Program-made: the position numbers and the translations under genes
Notes under the pieces: model-generated
What the model saw: the letters and a program-made list of their open reading frames with translations, nothing else
Told to the model about the DNA's origin: nothing
Database searches by the model: none
Origin: Thermoplasmatota archaeon
Lineage (GTDB): Archaea > Thermoplasmatota > JASEFT01
NCBI GenBank assembly: GCA_030018475.1
Contig: JASEFT010000001.1
Location: forward strand, 15,111-79,110
Direction of reading: 5' to 3'
Length of the DNA stretch: 64,000 nucleotides
Part shown: positions 26,488-36,212 of the stretch, in pieces
Position numbering within the stretch: position 1 is the first letter of the stretch
Layout of the letters: each line of letters begins with the position of its first letter

Positions 26488-27713
26488 TTAGATTCCATCA
26501 CCTCTAATACAGGCGCTAATGGTAGTGAAGCTCGCCACTCTATAACTTCAGCACCGCACTCTTTTAGACCAGTAACTAATATTTCACGCTCCAATTTTAG
26601 GATTTCTAAGCTCTCAAGTGCAAGTCCGCGCTCTAGCTCTAGAGCTGAAGGTGTAAGCACTGTAAGAGAATAACCTCTATCGCAAATTTCCTTTACACCT
26701 TGCTTTAGACTATCATCCTCTTCAAGACTAGAAATCAAAATAATCACAGATTGTGGAGTAGCTATAGAAACTAAACTTCTGGCTACAGAAGAAAAACCAA
26801 TGCTACCATCACTTTTTATTTCAGCAAGAGCGCATAGTATTTTGTAAAGCTGCCTTTCGCCATAGCCTGGTGCTAAACTTTTAATAGCGTTGCTATAAGT
26901 TATCAATCCCACATTGCATCTCCTTCTAATGAAGAAGGCGGCAATAGAAGCGCAAGCTCTAGCAGAATAAACCAAAGGATTTGCATTTATATAGCCAGTG
27001 CCAGTTATGCTGCGTGCATCTAAAATAATTGTGACATCAGAAATTGTTTCTAGCTCTCTTTGCACAACCATGAGTTTTCCTAGCCTAGAGTAAACTTTCC
27101 AGTTGATGTCTTTGAAAGGGTCTCCGCTTACATAATCACGCATACTAAAAAATTCTAATCCACGGCCTGGATATTTTATAGGAATAGTGCCTGGTATCAT
27201 TCTTGGTACTACAGCTCTTACTTCGAATTCTTTTAACTCCTCTATTTTAGGAAACACAATAAGCTCTGAGATAATATCTAGCCGGCTCTCTTTGTAAAAC
27301 ATCGAAAAAGGGTCTTCAGTTCTAACACTCAAAGGGCCTATTGTATAAACGCCTCGTAAAGGGCACTCTACAGAATATTTAAAAACATAGCTTTTGGCAG
27401 GCTCTAATATTGAAGTAGCGCAGTTATTACCTTCTCTCAACGCAAACACTTTAGGAAGCTCGTCTTTGAGCTCAACAGTTCCTTTACCTTTAATATAAAG
27501 AGTAATTTCTGCAGAGCCTTCTTCAAACAGCTTTTCAGTAGAAAGCTCTCTTGTGACTTTTAAGTTGGGCTTTCGTATAGTAAAAGCTCCCACTACGAGC
27601 ATTGAGAATATGAATACTGCGAATGTAGCAAGTGAAAAATTTTTCAAAATAAGCGCAAGAAATATTAGTAATATGCCGAGCACGCAGATTAAAATACTTT
27701 TTTCAGTCCACAT
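26463..27713 (-). CDS. DUF58 (VWA-like) domain protein with N-terminal TM segments
   Basis: Two N-terminal TM helices followed by a DUF58-type domain. Canonical partner position downstream of MoxR. Confidence 0.6.
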   Translation of the reverse strand: MWTEKSILICVLGILLIFLALILKNFSLATFAVFIFSMLVVGAFTIRKPNLKVTRELSTEKLFEEGSAEITLYIKGKGTVELKDELPKVFALREGNNCATSILEPAKSYVFKYSVECPLRGVYTIGPLSVRTEDPFSMFYKESRLDIISELIVFPKIEELKEFEVRAVVPRMIPGTIPIKYPGRGLEFFSMRDYVSGDPFKDINWKVYSRLGKLMVVQRELETISDVTIILDARSITGTGYINANPLVYSARACASIAAFFIRRRCNVGLITYSNAIKSLAPGYGERQLYKILCALAEIKSDGSIGFSSVARSLVSIATPQSVIILISSLEEDDSLKQGVKEICDRGYSLTVLTPSALELERGLALESLEILKLEREILVTGLKECGAEVIEWRASLPLAPVLEVMESKWKLRLTR

Positions 27714-27722
27714 TGGCTTTGC

Positions 27723-28673
27723 TCATAGTGCAGGCACCGGTACTTGCCTCAGAATATCTTCTAGAACATTCTCGCTTGTAACGCCTCTTACTCTAATCTC
27801 AGGCTTTAGTATCAATCTATGCGCTACCCCTGGGATTACAGCTCTTTTCACATCGTCAGGCGTAACGTAATCGCGGTTGTTAAGTATAGCAATGGCTCTT
27901 GCAATTTTGAAAACAGCTAAAGAGCCTCTGGGGCTAGCGCCTAAAACCAATCTTTTATCAGCCCTTGTCCTTGCGATTATTTCTACAATATATTCCTGGA
28001 TAGAGCTATCAATATGGATTTCTTCAACTGCTTTCTGTAACTCAAGTACTTTCGTAGGATTTGCTATAAGATCAACGTTTACATCTTCGCTTTTCCTGGC
28101 TATTCTTCTTCGCATAATCTCAATCTCATCCTTTTTATCAGGATACCCTATTCTTAGGCGCATTAAAAACCTATCTATTTGAGCTTCTGGTAACGGGTAA
28201 GTACCTTCGTATTCAATTGGGTTTTGAGTAGCCATCACAATAAAAGGTTTGGGTAATACATGAGTAATTCCTTCTATTGTGGCTTGCCTCTCCTGCATTG
28301 CTTCAAGTAAAGCTGATTGCGTTTTAGGGGGTGCTCTATTAATTTCGTCAGCTAATAAAATATTAGTGAATAAAGGTCCTTTACGAAGCTTGAATTCACC
28401 TGAGCTTTCATCATACACATAAGTACCTATAATATCTGCCGGCAGTACATCGGGTGTAAATTGAACCCTTCTGAAACTACAGCCTAGTATGCGAGCAAGT
28501 GTTTTCGCCATTAGAGTTTTAGCCAAGCCTGGAAAATCCTCAATAAGTATATGCCCATCGCAAAGTACTCCAGCCACAACAAATTTCAGAACATTTTCTT
28601 TTCCTACTATTGCTTTCTCTGCTTCTTTGATTATATTATTTGATATTTTCCACGACTCCTCTCTACTATTCAT
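27723..28673 (-). CDS. moxR: MoxR-family AAA+ ATPase
   Basis: Walker A GHILIEDFPGLAKT, Walker B LLADEINRAPPKTQSALLEAMQE. 316 aa. Confidence 0.88.
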   Translation of the reverse strand: MNSREESWKISNNIIKEAEKAIVGKENVLKFVVAGVLCDGHILIEDFPGLAKTLMAKTLARILGCSFRRVQFTPDVLPADIIGTYVYDESSGEFKLRKGPLFTNILLADEINRAPPKTQSALLEAMQERQATIEGITHVLPKPFIVMATQNPIEYEGTYPLPEAQIDRFLMRLRIGYPDKKDEIEIMRRRIARKSEDVNVDLIANPTKVLELQKAVEEIHIDSSIQEYIVEIIARTRADKRLVLGASPRGSLAVFKIARAIAILNNRDYVTPDDVKRAVIPGVAHRLILKPEIRVRGVTSENVLEDILRQVPVPAL

Positions 28674-29800
28674 GTTCTTCCCACTCCCAGCTTTTTTACA
28701 GCTCTAACAAGTTCCTCGCGAGTAATACTCTTGCCCCTTACTATTTTAGTAACTACAGGGTCGATACTATCTAGTTGTTTGTCGTTCAAGAGCTCAATCT
28801 GAGATATGTTGTAAGCTATTTTAACTTTTTCAACCACAGCTTTTGCAGCTCTTTCGTAAATATTTTGAGGCTCGTAAGACTTAAATTCTCTAATATTGAA
28901 CTCGTGCTTCCAAGGTATTTTGCCTTTTGATTTTATTATCACGCAAGCAAGTACAGCACCAACAATAATAGAACTTAATACAACCCATAACTGGTACGAA
29001 GTTAAGAATATTATGGTAGCGAGTGCTATATAGCTGCCGTGTCTGCTTTCATCGAAAATTACAACGGCATACTCTGATTGCGGCAGTAGCGAGCTTACAA
29101 GCTCTAGAATAAAGTCCAAATTATCTTGCTTCACTATCATTCGATTAATAAATATACTGGGATCGGCGATAAAAACTATAGCGCCTGCGCCAAACTTGAT
29201 TTTTAGAATTAGGGGCATGTCTTGAATAAGCTCGTCATCTAAATCTATGATTCGATTGCCATTCCAATCGATATAACATTCTAAAGCTTTACATATTATT
29301 TCAATTTCTTCACCATATATTCTAAACCCTGTAGGAATGTTAAATACAAGCTCATATTTTTTACCGTTGAGCACTGCGCAAGCATTTACAAATTCAGGTG
29401 AATCAGTAAAACTTTCATAATATATTCTGTGCTCGTAAAATGTAAAATTGAATTTTTCAGCTAAATTTCTTATGTTGCCGGTATCGTCTGCAATTATAGC
29501 CTTGCCGCCATTTTGCACAAACTCGTAAATACCCCAGGCTTCTTCTTCTGTATAAGGCTTCTCCACACCTGTAACAATAAGTAAAGTATCAGCGGGATTT
29601 AGATTCTGTAGTAATATGGGCGTTGATACAATACATTTAGGAATGTAGTTCCTTGCTTTAAGCTCTTCTCTTAGAATTGACACATCTGCCCAGCTAGTAT
29701 CGTAACCTGAAAGTTGCTTGGTATTGTAAGAAGGAATAAGTAAAATTGCAAGAGTTGTTATTATGAAAATACTAATTAGAATCTTAATTTTCAACTTCAT
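28670..29800 (-). CDS. bitopic membrane protein with GATase1-like ectodomain (DUF4350-like)
   Basis: N-terminal signal anchor, central GGKAIIADD-containing domain, and a second TM near the C-terminus. 4-nt overlaps on both sides. Confidence 0.4.
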   Translation of the reverse strand: MKLKIKILISIFIITTLAILLIPSYNTKQLSGYDTSWADVSILREELKARNYIPKCIVSTPILLQNLNPADTLLIVTGVEKPYTEEEAWGIYEFVQNGGKAIIADDTGNIRNLAEKFNFTFYEHRIYYESFTDSPEFVNACAVLNGKKYELVFNIPTGFRIYGEEIEIICKALECYIDWNGNRIIDLDDELIQDMPLILKIKFGAGAIVFIADPSIFINRMIVKQDNLDFILELVSSLLPQSEYAVVIFDESRHGSYIALATIIFLTSYQLWVVLSSIIVGAVLACVIIKSKGKIPWKHEFNIREFKSYEPQNIYERAAKAVVEKVKIAYNISQIELLNDKQLDSIDPVVTKIVRGKSITREELVRAVKKLGVGRT

Positions 29801-32800
29801 TTTCTTTTCATCCGCTCTTCTAACTCTTTTATACTAAGCTCTACAGCATTAAAATTTGCTATTGCCGCATCTCTATGCTTAGAGCTAATTTCATGATGCG
29901 AGTATCGTACTTCTTCTATAATACCAATAAACTTATCAAGGCACTCTTCAGCTATAGGCAAAGCCTTTCTAACTGCATATTCAAACTCTCTAAAAGTTTC
30001 AAAGCTTTTGCGCAAGAAGCCGAATTTTTTCAAATGCACACATAGTTTGCGATAGAGCTCTAGTATTGTTTTGATATAAGCGCTTCCTGCAACTAGCTCA
30101 CCTTTCGCAGATTCTATAATTTTGCGCATTTTAGCTATCTGGCGCTTTCGTAGTATGCAATAGCCCACGAAAGGTATTGGAAGTGCTAGTAAAGGCAGTA
30201 GATAGAGCCAAGTTGGGATTGCATATAACTTCCTCTCGTAAACACTAACGTTACAAACTATACTCGAAGGTATGTAGTAGTCATAATACTCAGTACCTGC
30301 AAACTCAGTTATCCCCTCTAATGTAAGGGTTCCTGTAAAGGTTGGAACGATTAGAGAGAAGCTCAGATTACCTTTACTATCTGCTTGCAATATTCGCTCT
30401 GCCATACCTGTTTCGTTTGTTAAAAGCTCATCAACTCTATTGCCAATCTTCAGTACAATTGTAATATTTTCTAGCTCTTCATCAACCAATCTCAGTTTTA
30501 ACTTTATATTTGCATTTGAAAGTCTAGGATTTAGCGAAAGCAAGCATTTAAGTTCGCAGCCTGCTTCTATAGCCGGTAGCGTATCGATAGCAATTTTAAC
30601 TCTTTCTTTTACAGCAATTGACTCCTCAAACTTAGAGCTTTCATAGTACCCAGAGCCGTTAAATTCGATTTTTATAATTTGACAGCCTAAGCTTATAGAG
30701 CCCGTAAGTATGCCAGTAAAGTTAGCAATGCCATTAATATCAGTACATGCATTTCCTAAACTGTGATTTGCAATGCTCAACAACATATATTTGCGAGCTA
30801 TTGGCAGTAAAGAATCGGTTTCTAAAAGCAGCGCTTCTATCGTAAAATTTTCGTATCTAACTAACAGCTCAGGCATAAACACTAAAATTGTAGTGTTTGA
30901 GTAAATTTTATAATACGTTATATTTTCAGAAGGCTCGTAAATATCGGTGCCGCTAAATTTAGCGCTAACTTTAGCCTCGCCAACAGCATCTAAAGCAGGG
31001 ATATTGTAGTAGAACGAGAACCCGCTAAAGTTAGTGACTGCAGCTCCAATTTGCCTGTCTCTCCAGAAAATACTAATTAACTGATTTGCAACAATGCTGC
31101 ATTGGTCATCTAATAAAGTACCGTTAATCTCTACAGTTGAATTTTTATAAATTTTTTCTGCTTTAGCAAGCACTAACGTTGTGTTTGAATAGATAGTATA
31201 GATGGCAGTAGCTTCAGAGCTATTATAAAAGTCTGCTCCTGAAAACTTAACGGTTACATTAACTTTTCCTACTGAATGATTGTAAGGAATATGATAAAGA
31301 CAGCTGAAAAAGCCTGAAGAATTAGAATGAGCAGTGATTGTTGTAGTATTCCAATGGATTTCTAAATCAACTTCTAAAGGCACGTATTGATCGTCTACTA
31401 TACTTCCTGAAATTTCTACTGTTGCGTTTCTAATCGATCTTTTACCAGCAACTTGAATATATGTCTCAGAGTAGATTTCGTAATATACTTCCGTGTGATT
31501 TGATTCGTATTTAGAAGATTGATTGAGCTCAGCTCTTATTTTTACATTACCAAGGCTCTGACTTGATTCTACAAGCCAAGCAAAAGAAAATTTACCTACG
31601 CTTGTAGTTGTAGTGTTTATAAGACTGTCATTCCAGAAAATTCTAATTGTTAATTCCTCGTCACTTATCATCATACCATTATCTGCAAAAATACTACAGG
31701 CAATATCCACAGTACTATTTCTTATAGCTCTACTAGGCTCTAACCTCAGCTCAATTCTTGTTTCCGAAGTTATTGTGTAATTTACAATTGCCTCAGAGCG
31801 AGCGAAAGTCTCGTTCTCTTCAAACACTGCTTTTACAGTTACATTTCCAAGAAAATGGTCTGAAGGTACCAGATAGGTGTAGGAAAACCAGCCTGTGGAA
31901 TTAGTAATATTGCTACCTATTTGCTCCTCGTTCCAGAACAGCGAGATATTAGCATTGTGCATATCTTCTCCATCGTCATCGAAGACACGACCTTTAATCT
32001 CAGTAGTATAGCGACGAACAGCTCTTTTACCTTCAAGAATAATATTAGCACCTCGCTGTACTGTGTAAGTTGTATTATTAGAACTGCTTTCATAATAATT
32101 TGAGCCACTAAAATTAGCAGTAACGTTTATAGTATTCGAGGGAGGAGCTCCCACGTAGAACTCTACACTGAAATTTCCAAATTCATTGGTTGTTGCGTTT
32201 TTTTCACTGTTATCCCACCAGCGTACAGTCACATTCTCGTCTGCGAGCGTAACATTCATATTATCAACTAAAGTCCCGGTAACATCTGCAGTTTTATTCC
32301 TTCCCACAACTTTAGAATTTAAAAGAATTTGAGTTTTTCTTTGTACAGTAACATTCAGCTCAGCACTCTTTTCAAGCCAGTACACTGAGCGCGGGTGAAA
32401 AACACGTATTATATGATTGCCTGCAGTTGTAATCAATGGAACAGTGTAATTAATTCTAAAATAGCCTTGCGAAAGAGTTTTAGTATCGTTTTTTGAAACA
32501 TTGTCTAGCAGCAACTCTACAGTCTCGTTCACTAACGCTGTGCCATCATCATCCTCTAGTTCGCCACTAATAGAAATATTATTACCGACAACCACAGAAG
32601 TTGTGCTCTCCACTACATTTATCACTACTTGGTGCATTACTTTAATTTTAGTCTCGTTCCAAGAGCTATTTCTATAGGTATCGCCCTCGAAACTTACATT
32701 TAATGGATAGCAGCCAGCTCTTTCTTTAGGAATAAAACTAAAGTTAAACGTGCCGTTTAGAGCAGGGTCTGAGGACAGCACAGTAACGAGTTCTGATAGC

Positions 32801-33063
32801 TTTGTATTATTCCAAGAAATGTTTAGAGTAGCGCCCCCAACACCGTTATAGCCTGGCACTTCAAATAACCTGCCTTCAACGCTTAAGCTTGTGTTGTTCT
32901 CTACCCAATCACGTGTGTATAAGTGTATTGTTGTGTTTGACGTTATATTGATATCGTCTCTTTCTACTTGAGCTATAATAACAGAAAACTGTGAGCTTTC
33001 TAAACTCATTATTGAGACTGACAGAAAAAGTACAATTCCAGAAAACATCAAAAATTTTTTCAT
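29797..33063 (-). CDS. giant glycoprotein-like surface protein (Ig/CARDB-like repeats) with C-terminal TM and cytoplasmic DUF4129-like tail, 1088 aa
   Basis: Signal peptide, ~950-aa sequon-dense ectodomain, then TM (WLYLLPLLALPIPFVGYCIL). Tail carries the ETFREFEYAV motif reminiscent of DUF4129. Confidence 0.65.
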   Translation of the reverse strand: MKKFLMFSGIVLFLSVSIMSLESSQFSVIIAQVERDDINITSNTTIHLYTRDWVENNTSLSVEGRLFEVPGYNGVGGATLNISWNNTKLSELVTVLSSDPALNGTFNFSFIPKERAGCYPLNVSFEGDTYRNSSWNETKIKVMHQVVINVVESTTSVVVGNNISISGELEDDDGTALVNETVELLLDNVSKNDTKTLSQGYFRINYTVPLITTAGNHIIRVFHPRSVYWLEKSAELNVTVQRKTQILLNSKVVGRNKTADVTGTLVDNMNVTLADENVTVRWWDNSEKNATTNEFGNFSVEFYVGAPPSNTINVTANFSGSNYYESSSNNTTYTVQRGANIILEGKRAVRRYTTEIKGRVFDDDGEDMHNANISLFWNEEQIGSNITNSTGWFSYTYLVPSDHFLGNVTVKAVFEENETFARSEAIVNYTITSETRIELRLEPSRAIRNSTVDIACSIFADNGMMISDEELTIRIFWNDSLINTTTTSVGKFSFAWLVESSQSLGNVKIRAELNQSSKYESNHTEVYYEIYSETYIQVAGKRSIRNATVEISGSIVDDQYVPLEVDLEIHWNTTTITAHSNSSGFFSCLYHIPYNHSVGKVNVTVKFSGADFYNSSEATAIYTIYSNTTLVLAKAEKIYKNSTVEINGTLLDDQCSIVANQLISIFWRDRQIGAAVTNFSGFSFYYNIPALDAVGEAKVSAKFSGTDIYEPSENITYYKIYSNTTILVFMPELLVRYENFTIEALLLETDSLLPIARKYMLLSIANHSLGNACTDINGIANFTGILTGSISLGCQIIKIEFNGSGYYESSKFEESIAVKERVKIAIDTLPAIEAGCELKCLLSLNPRLSNANIKLKLRLVDEELENITIVLKIGNRVDELLTNETGMAERILQADSKGNLSFSLIVPTFTGTLTLEGITEFAGTEYYDYYIPSSIVCNVSVYERKLYAIPTWLYLLPLLALPIPFVGYCILRKRQIAKMRKIIESAKGELVAGSAYIKTILELYRKLCVHLKKFGFLRKSFETFREFEYAVRKALPIAEECLDKFIGIIEEVRYSHHEISSKHRDAAIANFNAVELSIKELEERMKRK

Positions 33064-33066
33064 TTT

Positions 33067-36000
33067 TTACCATTCATCCCAAGCTTCTAAATACTCATAG
33101 GTGGCTTCTGATTTAGCAGCAATTGTAGCAGTACCAGCACTAATATTTTCAGGTACTTGGCATTCCACAATAAATTCGCCTGATTCGTTTGTCTTATTTA
33201 TACCTACAACGTAAGAGATTCCAGATTGATTAAGATAAATTGTTACTGTTATGTTTGGAATAGGCTGCGTAGGATTACTTGCATTAACAACTTTACCTCT
33301 CACCCAAAAACGTTCGCCTTTATAATAAAAATCTTTTAAAGGCCAAATCTCTAGAATAGTAATTTCTGCAACGTATCTCCCAACTGTTTGGTCGTCATTA
33401 GGATTTGTTGGGTTTGTGCCCCCCCCAACTTCAGTACCATCGCTTACACCGCCACCGTCACTGTCAGGGTTTGTTGGGTCTGTGCCAATGCTCAGCTCGC
33501 CAATGAATATTACCAGAGCATCGGTGCAATTATAGATTATACCACGATTCATAAGATGATTATACCGCTCCAAACCTTGATCGGTTGTTGTAGGCGTTAC
33601 GGTCTCAGTTATATTATAATCGCATAACATATACCAACACGTCCACGTTACAGTATTTACAGTTATATTAAATCCATCGAGCAGCCTATCCAAATCAGTA
33701 TCACAATGTGTTGGATTTGTGTCAGTTACTAAGAACTCAAATCTGTTAGTTAAGCCATCTAGATCTGGGTCTTCAGAATCGTCATTTCCATATGTAGGAT
33801 TAAAGCCATATTTAACCTCCCAGCCATCCCAACATCCGCAACAATCGCTATCTGGATTTAGCGGGTTTGTTATATATAGGTTGGGATAGCCGTCTCTTTC
33901 TACTATTCCAAGCTCATCGCCATCCCAGAGCCAATCTCCATCAGTATCTGGATTGTTAGGGTTTGTGCCGTAAATATTTACTTCTTCCCAGTTAGTCAGA
34001 CCATCGCCGTCACTATCTGCAGTCTCATTTTTTACGAGAGGGTTAGTCCCTAAAGTTAGCTCACCATAGAACGTTATGGTACCATCCAAGTTGTCGATAT
34101 GCGCAATACTATAATTTAAGAAATACCTGTAAAGCTCTGAGTTATTCATCACTATAAGATTATATCCATCCAGGAAAGTGTCGCTGTCAGTGTCTGGAGA
34201 CAATGGGTTGGTATTGTAATTTAGGTTGCCATCGCCATCCCAATCTATTTCAGATTCTTGGTAATAGGAGCTCATTTCAGCTCCGTCTAGCAAGCCGTCG
34301 CTGTCGCAATCCGGATTTAATGGGCTAGTGCCATTCCACCAAACGCCATACCAAGGAACAGCCCACCAGCTTGGAATTGAAACTAAATATTCCTCTAAAT
34401 TTGTGAGATTATCCTCGTCTTCGTCATTACCTGAATCTATTGAGCTGAGCGGATTAAGATTATAGCTTGCTTCCCAGCCATCAGGCATACCATCATTATC
34501 AGTATCCCAATTTATTGGGTTTGTGCCGTTCCACCAAACGCCATTCAAAGGAACGTCCCAGGCTGTTGGGAGATTAAATTGATATTCTTCTAAATTTGTT
34601 AAATTATCGTTATCTGCATCCAAAAGAGAATCATTAGCAAGCGGATTTAGCTGATAGAAAAACTCCCAGCCGTCAGGCATACCATCATTATCAGTATCCC
34701 AATTTATTGGATTTGTGCCGTTCCACCAAACGCCATTCATTGAAACACTCCAGTTATTAGGAATATTAAACAAATATTCTTGAAAATTAGTTAGTGCATC
34801 GCTATCGCTATCGCCGGCACTGTCATTTCTTCTAGGGTCGATATTCCAGTAATAGAAATCAATTTTGTAAACTGCATATTTTACTTCCCAGCCGTCAGGC
34901 ATACCATCACTATCAGTATCCCAGTTGTTAGGATGAGTGAGCCATGCTTTGACCTCATCGCCATCCAAAAGCGCATCGTTATCGCTATCGTAATTACATG
35001 GGTTTGTGGGTTTAATATCTGGGTAGCGCCAAACTAGCGCTCTAAAACAACTTCTTAAAAATACTTCTTCGTAGTCAGTCAATCCATCGTTATCAGTATC
35101 TTTAGCGCAAGGATTCGTAAAACTAATATTGTAAAGTTTGTAGAGTTCAGGAAACACTAATTTCAGAAATACTTCTTGGTAATCGTTTAGTCCATCTCCA
35201 TCAGTATCTGGATTAATTGGAGATGTATTGTAAAGTTTTACCTCATCGCCATCTATAAGGCCGTCGTAATCAGTATCGTTTAGTCTCGGATCTGTGAGTG
35301 CTAAGTATTCTTCTAAGTTAGTTAAATTATCCAAATCCTCGTCACTATAGGTATCGTTTGCAAGGGGATTTAGTCTGTAAAAAACTTCCCAGCCGTCAGG
35401 CATGCCATCGCTATCGCTGTCGGGATTGCGAGGATTTGTGCCTGCTAAATATTCTTCTAGATTTGTGAATTTTTCATCTTGGTCGATTGCTCCATTCCTA
35501 TCAAAATCGTAACCATCATTGTCAGGATCTTCGCTTGAATCGTCTCTAAGCGGGTCTAGTAAATAGTAAACTTCCCAGCCGTCAGGCATGCCATCGCTAT
35601 CAGTATCTGGGTTTGTGGGATTTGTTTTATAAATGTAAATCTCGTCGTAGTCGCCAAGACCATCGTTATCTGTATCGTTATTTTTAGGATTTGTGCCTGC
35701 TAAATATTCTTCTAAGTTTGATAACCCATCGTCATCCAAATCTAAAGAAGAGTCATTAGCCAGTGGGTTTAGTCCATAGAATACTTCCCAGCCATCAAGC
35801 ATGCCATCGCTATCAGTATCGTTATTACCAGGATTCGTGTCAGCTAGATATTCTTGAAGATTTGTAAGGCCATCGCTGTCAATATCGCAATTAGAGTCTG
35901 CACGATTTGGGTCTGCAGGCTGGTATTTGTCTTCAGCCATATCGAACCATAATCGATATTTTACTTCCCACCCATCTGGAATACCGTCTCCGTCAGTATC

Positions 36001-36210
36001 CGGATTAGTGTAGTTAGTTGCAGGAAAGCCGGGTGGATAGCCGAGCTCTTTTATATCAGGTAGTCCATCTTCATCTGTATCTATAAGTGGTATTTGCTCC
36101 TCTTTGCCTTCAAATACATGTTGCGCATACCTTAAAGGATAAAACTGAAAAAAATGGATCAAAAACAGTATGGCGATAAGCGCGAGAATTGCAAGTATTA
36201 GCTTCTTCAT
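33067..36210 (-). CDS. secreted protein with ~25 thrombospondin type-3-like Ca-binding repeats, 1047 aa
   Basis: Repeated NPxNxDTDxDGxxDGWE motifs throughout. N-terminal signal/TM and a C-terminal beta-sandwich-like domain. Confidence 0.75.
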   Translation of the reverse strand: MKKLILAILALIAILFLIHFFQFYPLRYAQHVFEGKEEQIPLIDTDEDGLPDIKELGYPPGFPATNYTNPDTDGDGIPDGWEVKYRLWFDMAEDKYQPADPNRADSNCDIDSDGLTNLQEYLADTNPGNNDTDSDGMLDGWEVFYGLNPLANDSSLDLDDDGLSNLEEYLAGTNPKNNDTDNDGLGDYDEIYIYKTNPTNPDTDSDGMPDGWEVYYLLDPLRDDSSEDPDNDGYDFDRNGAIDQDEKFTNLEEYLAGTNPRNPDSDSDGMPDGWEVFYRLNPLANDTYSDEDLDNLTNLEEYLALTDPRLNDTDYDGLIDGDEVKLYNTSPINPDTDGDGLNDYQEVFLKLVFPELYKLYNISFTNPCAKDTDNDGLTDYEEVFLRSCFRALVWRYPDIKPTNPCNYDSDNDALLDGDEVKAWLTHPNNWDTDSDGMPDGWEVKYAVYKIDFYYWNIDPRRNDSAGDSDSDALTNFQEYLFNIPNNWSVSMNGVWWNGTNPINWDTDNDGMPDGWEFFYQLNPLANDSLLDADNDNLTNLEEYQFNLPTAWDVPLNGVWWNGTNPINWDTDNDGMPDGWEASYNLNPLSSIDSGNDEDEDNLTNLEEYLVSIPSWWAVPWYGVWWNGTSPLNPDCDSDGLLDGAEMSSYYQESEIDWDGDGNLNYNTNPLSPDTDSDTFLDGYNLIVMNNSELYRYFLNYSIAHIDNLDGTITFYGELTLGTNPLVKNETADSDGDGLTNWEEVNIYGTNPNNPDTDGDWLWDGDELGIVERDGYPNLYITNPLNPDSDCCGCWDGWEVKYGFNPTYGNDDSEDPDLDGLTNRFEFLVTDTNPTHCDTDLDRLLDGFNITVNTVTWTCWYMLCDYNITETVTPTTTDQGLERYNHLMNRGIIYNCTDALVIFIGELSIGTDPTNPDSDGGGVSDGTEVGGGTNPTNPNDDQTVGRYVAEITILEIWPLKDFYYKGERFWVRGKVVNASNPTQPIPNITVTIYLNQSGISYVVGINKTNESGEFIVECQVPENISAGTATIAAKSEATYEYLEAWDEW

Positions 36211-36212
36211 AG